Below are positions 51,892 through 63,080 of a stretch of 64,000 nt of DNA, piece after piece. The number at the start of each line of letters is the position of its first letter. Position 1 is the stretch's first letter. Origin of the DNA: Monocercomonoides exilis PA203 (lineage: Eukaryota > Protista > Preaxostyla); NCBI GenBank assembly GCA_001643675.2, contig LSRY02000043.1:310001-374000 (forward strand). Reading direction: 5' to 3'. The notes beneath the pieces are model-generated. The model ran no database searches. It had not been told where the DNA came from and saw only the letters and a program-made list of their open reading frames with translations. The position numbers were made by a program, and so were the translations under genes.

Positions 51892-53334
51892 ATGAAAGTG
51901 GGTTCTGATGATGAGACTGAGGATGGAATCCAAGAATCGCCCATTGCGCATAATATTTTGAGTATGTTCATTGTTTATTTATTTAATAGTAATGAAATTT
52001 CGGTGTTTTTATGAATTTTTTCAGAATTGTTTTCTGAGCTTGAACATTGCGATGACGATGAACAGAAAGTTAAAATCGAGAAACTAAATGAAATAGTGGA
52101 TGATATGAATGAAGAAGAATTTAGATATGTTTTCATGACTGGGCTGTTCAATAAAATAGACAAAATGATTAATGAAAAGAAAATATCTTTGCAAAATGCA
52201 ATTGTTCTGTTGAAACGCATGGGACATTTCAGATCGTTGAAATTTCCTTGGGTTTATATATTTAAAGGTTACTCGTTGAGCGAAAGCTTTGGGAAAACAA
52301 TTATTGAGGAAAATAAGAAAAAGAAAGGAAAGAACGAAAAGCTTCTGATTGATCTTTGCGAATGCTATCTTTTACTTAATTTCAGTTTTCCTTCAAAATT
52401 GACATCAATTTTCGTATCTAACCTACTGCGGATTGCATTGAATAAAGAGGAAAACGAGGAAATTCAGGAAGAAGTGGAAGTGGCTTTGTTGGCATTGACT
52501 TGCATGTGCCAAGAAGTGTGATTCATTTTTGCTTTCTTTTTTTAAAATTTTTCGTTTTTTCATGTCTTCTATTAGGAAATCAAGACTAGGTTGTATTTGA
52601 AAGGGATCCAAGAAATCATCCAATATCATCAGGAGCATCGAAACCTGTTACAACTTGCTTATCAATCTGCTTGGAAGTTTTTAATTAACAGATTATTCGG
52701 ATTTAGATCATTGGAAGATGTTATTGTGAATGAACTTCATTTTGTGGGTGAAGTCAACAGAGAATTGGATGAGCTGTCGTGTGGAGTGGATTGGAAGAGA
52801 AAAAAAGAAGAAGAAAGAGGAAAAGAAGCAAAAAAACTCCTTATTTTGATGAAATGGCTTGAAACATTGAAGTCTTTTGTTCGTAATTGTAGATTAATAG
52901 ATGAAGAATTTGTTGAGCTTTTGAACAGTGTTGTGAGAGTGTTACAAGCAGCAAAAGGGAATAATGGAAGGATTAGCAGCATGTGCATTGATTTATTTGA
53001 AACAGTAACAGAAAATAGAGCAATGGAAATTGAAGACTTACTGAAAAGTGGAGCTATTGATGCTGTTTTCGAGGAGATTCACCGACCAACATCCAATTAC
53101 AATGGGTTGCATTACATCTTGAAATTCTTTGATTCGATTTCATTGCGACTGAAAAAAAAGACCGATGATGAAATGGAAGAAATGAAAAGAAAGGCAACAA
53201 AAAGGAAGGTTTTTGAAAAGTTGGAAGAAGAAGGATACGAAGATATTATCGTAAGCTTTCATGAAAGATTTGATTATTTTAAGAGAAAACATTATTTTGA
53301 ATTGCCATCAACTATTTCTGATTATTTTATATAA
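51892..53334 (+). CDS. Member of a lineage-expanded all-helical (ARM/HEAT-like) hypothetical protein family
   Basis: Three exons: LFSELEHCDDDEQKVKIEKLNEIVDDMNEEEF...KIDKMINEKKISLQNAIVLLKR...EKLLIDLCECYLLL...EVEVALLAL...YHQEHRNLLQLAYQSAWKFL...KLEEEGYEDII. Resembles a multi-copy Monocercomonoides family (from memory). A related degenerate copy lies next to it. Confidence 0.75.
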
Positions 53335-53559
53335 GTTTGAGGAAATGATTAGTTATTTATATTTTTGCTGAAATAATTAAGTATTCTTTTTGTATCATTT
53401 CACAAAATAGAAAACAAGCAGCCATCTGAAAATATTTAATTATAATATTTTTTTCCCCATTTCATTTTGATGAAGCCAAAAAAAAATAATAATAATAATA
53501 ATAATAATAAGAGAGAGAGAGAGAATCGAAAACTTTAAAAAAGAAAAATGCTTGTGAAC

Positions 53560-53990
53560 ATGAAATATCCAAAACTTCTCAAAGCTAACAAAGCCATTTC
53601 AACTGATAATAATGGTTCCACTTTTCTCTCCTTGTTCTATTCAACATTCAAAAGACGGGACCAACAAATAAAATCTCTTTACACAAGAACTTGCATTTTC
53701 GTAAAAATATTGGTTTTTTCGATGTACAAAAAAACTTTTCAATCTTTTTTTCAATCTTCTCATTCTCATCGATATAAATCTTCCCAAATTTTTTGCCTCG
53801 AAAAAGTTATTGAAGGTTGAACCAAAAAATTATCTTCATTTTTCTATATTAGTATTCTGCATTAGAAGAAATGTGTTCTGCAATTGCAATTTCTTTTCTT
53901 CAATTCATTTCATCTATTTTTTTGTTCATACATTTGATTGTCTGTTTCTGCTCAAATCCAATTAAGCACAACAGTTCAGGAAGCGAATCT
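53560..53990 (-). pseudogene. Degenerate inverted paralog of the 51892-53334 gene
   Basis: Minus-strand fragments across frameshifts and stops: KIDEM-IEEKKLQLQNTFLLMQ (cf. KIDKMINEKKISLQNAIVLLK), IDENEKIEKKIEKFF (cf. IEENKKKKGKNEKLL), SRLLNVE*NKERKVEPLLSVEMALLALRSFG (cf. SNLLRIALNKEENEEIQEEVEVALLALTCM). Confidence 0.7.
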
Positions 53991-54568
53991 TGAAAGTTCA
54001 ATGAATTAAAAAATAATGTTATTATCTATAAAAAAAACAATAGATAAAGATGAAATATTATTCAAGAAGCATTAATACGACCTTTCATCAATGGTATTCA
54101 AAACACGAAATGAGTTCATCTGTAAAAATGTTGTTTAAGTTCAATGTTTATGTGGAATAAGAATTCTTAATGTACACCCTTCATAATAAGGGATCAAATA
54201 AGAAATATGAAAAGAAAAAAATGTATTTAAAAGATTTGAATACTATGTTTCGTTTCAAATAATGTAATGCAAGTCTATGGAAAGAAAAAAAGAACAAATA
54301 AAATTCATATTTCTTCAAAAATCAAAAACAAAATGAATGAAAATGTGAATTCCCAGTAAAATATTGTTTGATTTTATTCTTTATTAAGTTTCATTTCATT
54401 ATATCTAACAATTATATGCTACTGCGACAAGATATGATTTGTTCCTAACATATAAAAATAATTGTCCATCTTAAAATTTCGTAAGCCTATCGATATCAAT
54501 TTTGTCTCTTTACAATAATTCAAATAATTTTTCAATAAAATTGAGTGGATAACAGTTGTTGCATTTCT

Positions 54569-55975
54569 TCATTTATTTTTTGCTATTCTTTTAAGAATTG
54601 ATTCTGGAAGATATTTGCCAATTTTGTTTTCTCCAGATGAAGATGCCTGTTGAGATTCTTCTTTCAAACTTGTTAATATTTTCTTTTCTCCAGTAGGTTT
54701 ATCAACCTTGGTTTTCTTTCCTTCTTTCGCTTCAATTTCTTCTCTTTCTAAAACGCTTCTTTTTCTTTTTATGTTTTCACTTAGCAAACTTGATTCATCA
54801 TCTATATTTTCGCCTTTCTCCTTTTTCTTTTTCTTTTTCTTTTCTGTCTCTCTTTGCTCTTCCCAATTCTTTCTAATGTTTTCAAATGGGTCTGCATAAA
54901 CCACAGTGTTAACAATAACTATTGCAGTCAAAGGGCGGTTTGTTGATTTGTCAGTCGGAATCTGCTCCATTTGCTTCAGAACGCTCAATCCTCCGACAAC
55001 ACGGCCAAAGATGCTGTGCTTGCGATCGAGATGTGTGCAGGAAGAAAACGTAATGAAACTACATCAGTTTTGCAATGAATGGGGATAAAGAAAGAAAAAC
55101 AATATTTGTGAGAAACATTAACAGTGAAATAAAATTATTTAATAATAAAATTGAATGGCAATTTGATTTTAAAAATACACACAATTGGGAACCATTTGTA
55201 TTGGGACCAGAATTTGCCATGCTAACAATTCCCATTCCTGAATGAGATAACTTTTTTTGAAAATCATGAGAAAGTAGAAAATAAAAATATTATTTGCAAG
55301 CAAACACTTGGGTAAAATTCGTCTTCAAACTTATGCTTCCAAATAGATTCTCCTCCTCTTCCGGTTCCTGTTGGATCTCCTCCTTGAATCTTTTGAAACA
55401 ATGGAGCATATGTTAAATATTAAGAAATAAATGAAAATCACACCATAAATTTTGGTATTAGACGATGAAAGACCGTCCCATCGTAGTATCCGGTTTTACA
55501 TAATTGAATAAAATTATCACAAGTTTTCGGAACCAAATCACAGTGAAGTTCAAGATTTAGTGCACCAAGAGTGGTATTTATTGTAACATATCTAAAAAAG
55601 CATGGTTTTGAGAAATAAAAAAGACAAAAAAATGTATTTTCAAAAAAGAGCTAACCCCTTTTCTGTAATTTGTACGATTTGCTGTTTTTTGAGCTTTTGG
55701 ATTCTTGCATGTTTACTCTCATCAAAATCAATTCCAGTACTTGTTAAAGAAGCACCCAGTTGAGATGGTATTGATGAAGCCTTAAATATAATTGTATCTT
55801 TATTCACATATCTTATCTCATCTTCCCATTTTTCTTCTTCTTCCAAAGCTTTTTGCCTTTCTTTTTCTTCAATTCTTCGTTTTTGTTCTAAAAGTGGACT
55901 TTCTTTCTCTAGAAGTTGTAGTACATGGCGGGTGCCTGCATCTCCTATAAAACTGACTTTCTTTACTGGTTCCAT
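54569..55975 (-). CDS. PPIL2: Cyclophilin-type PPIase, PPIL2/Cyp60 ortholog lacking the N-terminal U-box
   Basis: Five exons: [124 protein letters not shown], and C-terminal IGKYL. Confidence 0.85.
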
Positions 55976-56176
55976 AAAAATAGTAGCACGATAGCTTAGA
56001 AATTGATAGATTTTTCTTTCTTATTGATCAAAGGCCATACTAATAGTTATATATAATTTTAAAAGTGCCACAAAACTTTAAAGGTATGTTTATAGACGCT
56101 TTACATATTGATTTGATGCATATGAAAATTTAAACAAATGAAAAATTAATGTAATTAATTCATTAATGCAGATTAA
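55976..56176. promoter_or_regulatory. Putative bidirectional promoter between PPIL2 and PP6c
   Basis: 201-nt AT-rich gap between divergent ATGs at 55975 (-) and 56177 (+). Function inferred from geometry only. Confidence 0.5.
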
Positions 56177-57589
56177 ATGATTGATATTGATAAATGTTTA
56201 GAAGCTTCTATTAAACGTCAAATTCTCGATGAAAAAGTAATGATAGAATTATGCAATAAGGTAATTTACTTCTTCTCCAAAAACGAACTGAGAAATTTTT
56301 ATTTTATTTCGATATTTAGGCTGTAGAATTGTTATTAGAAGAACCAAACATACCTGTTTTAACAACCCCAATAACAATTTGTGGGGATATTCATGGGCAA
56401 TTTTATGATTTATTACAATTATTTAAAACAGGAGGTCGACCTCCAAACACAAAATATATTTTCATGGTTTCATTTATAGAAATTTTCAAAGTTATAAAGA
56501 GCTTTCATTTTTTGTGAATATAAGGGTGACTATGTTGATAGGGGTTATTACTCTTTAGAAACTTTATCTCTTCTTCTATGCTTCAAACTTAAGTGTGTAT
56601 TATTTCTGGAAAAAATTTTTTTCAATTTAAAGATCTTATGCTATCATTTTTAATACATCATAATTAAAATGCTTTTTGTATTTTTCTTTTAGATATCCAT
56701 CCATTATAACATTGCTCAGAGGAAATCATGAAGCAAGGCAAATTACTCAGTCATATGGTTTTTATGATGAATGCATGAAAAGATATGGTAATAAGTTGAT
56801 ATGGGTGAAATGCATGGAAGTGTTTGATTGCTTACCAATAGCTGCTGTGTGCAATTTAATAGTTGGAAAATGAAAAAAATCTAAAACTTTTTTTGTAACT
56901 GTTGAAATTATATTTTGAAATATTTACACTTTGTTCTTTTGAAAATACCAATCAGCTTGTTAACGATCGAGTTCTTTGTGTTCATGGTGGTTTATCGCCG
57001 TATGCACACACATTGGACCAATTGCAGTTGATCCCCAGGAAGTGTGAAGTGCCCACTGAAGGCATATTTTCGGATATAATGTGGAGTGATCCTGAGAATG
57101 CAATATTAGATTATCAGCATTCACCAAGAGGTGCTGGTTATTTATTTGGAAGCAGAGTTGCAAGAGAGGTATAATGCATTGATGCTTATTTTGTAATTCT
57201 ACTGTAATTTTATGATTTTCTATTTTTCATCTGAAATCCATGTGCCTGTTGTCCAACTATCAAATTCTTTATGTCATATAACTGAATCCTTGTCTCCCAA
57301 CAATATCTCTTTCTTTTTGTTCACAACCAATCATTAGTTCGTCCATGAAAACGGTCTCGATCTGATCTGCCGTGCGCATCAGCTCGTCATGGAAGGGTAC
57401 AAGCACTCGTTTAAGGACAGTTGTGTGGTTACGGTTTGGTCAGCCCCGAACTACTGCTACAGATCAGGAAACATTGCAGCGATACTTTCACTGGACGACA
57501 CAATGGAAGAAAAATATCTTCTGTTTTCTGAGGTCCCCTCGAATCTGAGGGACAAGCCGCCAATAATGCCTATTCCGTACTTCATGTGA
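56177..57589 (+). CDS. PPP6C: Ser/Thr protein phosphatase 6 catalytic subunit (Sit4-like)
   Basis: Six exons: [125 protein letters not shown] favour PP6 over PP4 or PP2A. Confidence 0.88.
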
Positions 57590-58429
57590 ACATGGATAGT
57601 TGAGAAGGGGAAAAGTGATTGTTGAATGTATTTTATTAATTGAATGGCACATTAAAGAATGAAAATTCTCGTGTTTTGTGTTTTCATGTGCGATTTTCCT
57701 GCTTTCTTTTGTGTGAAGAGCTTTTTTAAAAATGCTCTCTGAATAGCTTATATTTGCAATAGATATCTTTTTTATTAATGATGTTTCTTTATCTAATAAG
57801 AATTCAAATATCGTGCATTTATAAAAATATATGGAAATAATCAATTTTTTCAGTGCAAAATGAACTGTGAAAGTGTAACTGAAAAATGAAGACGAAAGAC
57901 ATAAATAGAGTTATTTTAACAAAAATAACTCTTGTGAAACAATAAATAAAATTGAGACAAGAAAATGAAACAAAAAAAATAAATTTCAACGTGAAAAAAG
58001 GAAAGAAAGAAAAAGAAAAAGAATACAAAAATAACTTCAAAATCTAATAAAGACATGCTATTAAAAAAAACGAAATTGCTCATAAACGTTTAACAAAAAT
58101 TAAATAAAAGCAATAATAATGACAAGTTCAACATATCCAATAACTGAATGCTATGTGTTTTTCAGAGAGAGAATCGTATTATAAAATCAAGAATAAAAAG
58201 TATGAATTTTGCATCAAGAAACAAACACATATAATTTCAAATAAAAAAAGGTGAATTACATAGAAAATATTTAGCTGCATTTCAAAAGGCCGAAAAAGAA
58301 AAAAAAAAAGCCATTGATAATAATAAAAAATGCTGTGAAGAAAGACTGAAGACGTTAGCGAACAAAGACAATTCTTGACTGTTCTTCAAGAAATAATGAT
58401 GAAAATAATAGGAAAGGTATAAAAGAAGA

Positions 58430-58489
58430 GAAGAAGAAGAAGAAGAAGAAGAAGAAGAAGAAGAAGAAGAAGAAGAAGAAGAAGAAGAA
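58430..58489 (+). repeat. (GAA)20 perfect microsatellite, non-coding or 3' UTR
   Basis: Read directly; lies between the convergent 3' ends of PP6c and the membrane-protein gene. Confidence 0.9.
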
Positions 58490-59066
58490 AGAGAAGAAAG
58501 GGGAAAAAGATGAAAAATGAAAAAATAAATAATAAATAATAAATATCTATAACATAACAATTGCATGATGAAATTAGACATAAAGAAAGAGAGAAAATAA
58601 AAAGATAGCAGAAAAAGATGGAAGATAAAGAGATAGAGATGACAAAGAAGAAAGATGAATGTTGAGTGAAATGAGAATAATCGTTGAAATTGTTAAAACA
58701 TAAATAATTAAATAAATAAATAAATAAAAGAAAGAAAGAAAGGCTAATGGGAAAAAAAAAATATTAATAATAAAAAATTGTGAGAAAGAGAAGGAGTGGG
58801 AAATGGAGAAATAAATAGAAAGATAAGAGGAAAAATATAAATTTTGAGCCAACCAAAGAAAATTCATAAGTTGTTGTGTGTATTGCATTGCAAAACTTCA
58901 ATGAACATAACAAAAAACTTAGTTGACTGCAGAATTTTCTCTCTCTCTCTATTTTGCAACACATTTTCATATTCACTAAAATAATTCGTTAATTTCTTTC
59001 TATTTTCTTCTTCTCTTTTTTCTTCTTCTTCTTCTTCTAAAATCAACTCATTCTCCATTCATTTCT

Positions 59067-61628
59067 TTACAAATCAAATTCTTCCTCTTCCTCTTCCTCT
59101 TCCTCTCCTTCACTTTCTCCTTCTCCTTCTCTTCCTTCTCTTCCTTCTCTATCACATTCATTGTAATGCTTCCCTCTCCCTTTCCCAACTGCCCCATATT
59201 CATTCTGAATGCGTGTGGAAGAACGCATCGGAGATTTTTGTGGAGTGTTGAAGTCATTTGAAGAATAAGTTGAACCTGTGGAAAGAAAAGAAGAGGAGGA
59301 AGAAGAGGAGGAGGAGGAGGAAGAAGAAGAAGAAGGATGAGAAGGAAAAGGTGAAGAAGTAGAAGAAGCAGAAGCAGAAGGTGTCGACATTGGAGAAGAA
59401 AAGGCAGGAGTGCGAGAAAGCTGAGAAGAAGCTGTGTTTGAAGCTGTGTTTGAAGCAGAGCTTGTGGCTGAAGGGATGTCTGAGAGAGAAAGGAAAGTGG
59501 AGGCAGAGGCAGGTGTGCCTGGAACAGAGCGAGCAGAAGAAGAAGTGGAATAAGAGGAAGAAATGGTGAGGAAGGAAGAAGAGGAGAATGGAGGAGAGGA
59601 AGAGGAAGAAGAAGAAGAGGAGGAGGAGGAGGAGGAGGAAGAGGAAGATGATGATGATGATGATGATGAAAATGACTGAATAGGTGAGGAAGGAGCAGAG
59701 GGATAAGGTGAAGCTGTCATTGGAGATTGCTCGTTTGCCAGAAGTGATGCGTTTTCATCAACAGAAGAAGATGATGATGATGAAGAGGAAGAGGAAGAAG
59801 AAGAAGAAGAAGGGGATTTTGGTGGATTTATGACAGATCCTTTATTTATAATTGAATAAATGAAATTATAAAATAAATAAAATAAAATTGTTAGAAAAAT
59901 ATCAATAAAATATTAATAAATAAGATAATAAATAAATAAATAAATAAATAAATAACTCCCACCTTTTTCCATTGTATCGTCTTCAACCAGCGCACTCTGG
60001 TTCTTTTCATTTTCTGCCTCCAGCTCTTTCGCCTCTTCTTCTTCTCTCTTCCGCTGCTCCTCTTCAAAGTCTGTTATGATTGGCTGTTATTGTTTCAATA
60101 CCCAGAAGTAAATGGAAGTGAAATAGTTATAAAATAAAATTAATAAATAAATAAATAAATATTTTTATAATTCCCCTTCCCCTTCCCCTTCCCCTCTCTC
60201 CTCTCTCCTCTTCTCCACCACACCGTCACCAGCGCAATTTTGTATGATCTCCCGTAATTCCTCACTGCCCCGACCAGCCAGCCACACAATATCACCCACA
60301 CAAACGAGCTGATCATCCTCAGCCCGTAGTAAAACACACTCACCACCCAAAACGTCCCCGACACTTCGCCTTCTTCCTCATCACAGGAATTTTCCTTCTC
60401 TTTCCCTTTCCCTTTCTCCCTCACATTCGCCAACAGCGCCTCGCACATGTTGCTTCTGAACGTCCGCGGCGCCTCGGCTGTCGTCGCCCCTTTCATCGCA
60501 CTGAGCAGCCCATCAGACAAGTCACACACGACATTCGAAACAAGCAGGAATATCAGAAATACCATCAGGGCGAACCCAAAGATGGCTGAGCCGACTGTGA
60601 ACAGCTTGTATTTGGTGTCTCTGAGCGATGGGAAGACTGCAACGATGCAGCCGACGATAAACACTGCCATAGAAAGTAGGATTAGCAGAAGGCTCACAAT
60701 CATGTCAATGATACGAAGTGCTTTATGTGGAGAATACGAGGGCGAGCCAAAGATTGGATAGAGAACAAGATGAGCAAATAGCAGAAGAGTGAAATACAAC
60801 ATGAGGAAAACACCTGACATTCCCTCCACCTAAAGGCATGATGGGGAAATGGATAAGAAATTAAAGAGTACCGTTATAAATATTTTTTTAACAAAATAAT
60901 AAATAACATACAAAATTTCTCATTTTCACTCCCGTGTAATCAATAAACCAATCTCCAAAAATGAGCACAACGAAACCAAGAAAGATTGCAATCAATCCTA
61001 AAATCAAAAACATGTTAGAATTTGAAGGAATTGACGCTAGTTCTGCATCAATTGCTCCTTGACCTTCCGCAGTAGCATAATAGATTTTCCATTTATCATT
61101 CAGTATTGAGTCGATTTCATAATACCCACTGTTTAGATACCATCTCTCTTCATAAATTGAGCAGACGGAACTAAAAATGCCGAAAAATATCATGTTGAAT
61201 GGAGCAATTTTTATTATCATTATATATACATAAGTAAGCCATCGTAAAAAGTATCCTCCACTTTGCAAAATTATACTGAAGCATCCCATTACGCAAGCAA
61301 TCAACATTACAATCCCTCCTATTCCGAGAAACATAAAAACGGCTAATCCATAAAGATTTTTTGTTGGTACTAAAAATCCTGCAACGATTGAGCCGATAGA
61401 ACATATTGCGTTTAAAAGACATATTATCAACAACTTTCTACGATCGGAGCTCGTCACTTTTACGTGTATCGCAAAAATGTAAGAAAAATAAAGAATAAAA
61501 ATAAAATGTATAAATATCGAAATTGCCGCATTACACTTGATAAAAAAGGAAGGAAATAAACTTTCTGTTGGACGCCATGATGATTTTGGTGGGATTTGAG
61601 ATCCTGGGGGCAGTTTCTCAACTTCCAT
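59067..61628 (-). CDS. Hypothetical multi-pass membrane protein with a Ser-rich/acidic C-terminal tail
   Basis: Exons ~61628-60912 (possibly with one in-frame intron), 60829-60230, 60083-~59963, ~59838-59067 join in frame (..MRNF|VEGM..KIAL|PIITD..MEK|GSVINP..EEFDL*). About eight hydrophobic segments. Confidence 0.7.
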
Positions 61629-61729
61629 TAGCAACTGCAAATTGTTGATTTTATAAATTCAACAATAATATGGTACATAACCATAACATAAAGATTGACA
61701 TATAAAAATTTTAAGTTTTCTGCTTTTTG

Positions 61730-62168
61730 ATGTCTACAAGCGAACATCAACAAAGAGTTTCTGTTTTAAAGCGAAACGAGCTTGCGGAATGGCTTCGAAA
61801 ACCAGAGAAAGATTTTTTAATTGTTGATGTTCGTGATATAGATTTTTTTGGTCAAAAAATACCAGGAAGTTATCATGCATCTAGTGAAATTATAGTTGCT
61901 GAAATAAGCATTCTACTTCAAAAAATATCAGCAATGGAAAAGAAACCTGAAAAAGTTATTTTTTATTGTCAACACTGGTCTGTTTTTTAGTTTATTTTCT
62001 ATTTTTGAAAACAAGCTTTTTTTAAAAAGTGATGATCGTGGACCAACTGCAGCGCGAATATTTTCAAAGCAATCATTTTCGATTTTACCTTCAGCGACTA
62101 TTTATTTTCTTGAAGGCGGATGGAATGCCTGGAAAAATGAATATGAAAAAGTACCTGGGATGGTTTGA
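61730..62168 (+). CDS. Cdc25-like / Acr2-type single-domain rhodanese (arsenate reductase/phosphatase family)
   Basis: Exons 61730-61977 and 62030-62168: LIVDVRDIDFFGQKIPGS..KVIFYCQHC|DDRGPTAA..IYFLEGGWNAW; CX5R loop followed by GP. Confidence 0.85.
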
Positions 62169-62441
62169 AACGTTTTTTTTATGTAATTTATTATAACTTA
62201 CTTATAAATTAATTTTAAGATGGAGGAAATAACTGAATCTCAGCCATTCTAATATTAAATATTTAAAATGTGTTATAAAAAACTAACAAATTTTTTAATT
62301 ATCGAATTTCTTGTTTGTTATTTTGTTTATGAACCTTTTCTTTTGACTAATTTAAGTCTCTGCTGTTATTCATTTCCCTCTTCAACTCAGTTGCCAATTT
62401 GCATTAATATCAAACATATTATGAACGAATGCCAATTTGCT

Positions 62442-63080
62442 TCAAGACGCTATGCTTTTAGTTGGCGTCGAATAATGGTGTGCAAGAATAAATGTTGGTG
62501 CATCTGAAGGAGTAAAATTATGTTGATTTTGCATTTCAAAAGCTTTCTTTGATTCAGCGATTAATGATGCAAGTTCTGAAGTCTGTTTTTGATATAATGC
62601 AAATTCTGTATGAAGAAGATCAATTGGCATTCCAACTTTAGCCAGTTTTTCTTCTGTTAGTCTTGTAGAAACAAGCTTGAAATGTTCAAGTCAGAAACAT
62701 GATACAAATTAATTTTATTCTTCTTCATTACACACCCTATTAATTTGATCTCGCATCGCCATTCTTTCTTGAATTTGCCTTGCTCCTATTGTGAGAACGC
62801 TTAAATATATATTTTCGAATTGAAAAAAATATAATAATTATTGTTTATAAACATTGGATCTGTAATAATGCTTCCATCAACTTCAAGAGATTCTGCTGCT
62901 ATCTACATGAATTTTTTAAAAGACACAAAAATAGATTTAAATAAATACGTTTAAAGGTTCTTCTTTGCGAAGTTGATTGAACTCGTTCATAAAAGTCTTC
63001 AATTGTTGAAGTTGTTTTTCTTCTTCTTCTAATTCTTCTTTCAATTTTAAGAATTCTTCGTCTGTTAATGGTTGCTTCAT
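62442..63080 (-). CDS. Hypothetical small coiled-coil protein
   Basis: Four exons join in frame through GT-AG introns: MKQPLTDEEFLKLKEELEEEEKQLQQLKTFMNEF..|IAAESLEVDGSIITDP|IVLTIGARQIQERMAMRDQINR|LVSTRLTEEKLAKVGMPIDLLHTEF..SIAS*. Confidence 0.6.

Noticed and set aside
55250-55310. Apparent non-canonical intron in the cyclophilin gene
   Set aside because: Resolved as ordinary GT-AG using the donor CCAAGT|GTTTGC and acceptor AAG|TTA (FYPS|LSHSG). No AT-AC or U12-type introns were found.
58282-59058. Short minus-strand ORFs (poly-S; MENELILEEEE...) downstream of the membrane-protein stop
   Set aside because: Low-complexity and AT-rich with no clear splice link; most likely 3' UTR or intergenic.
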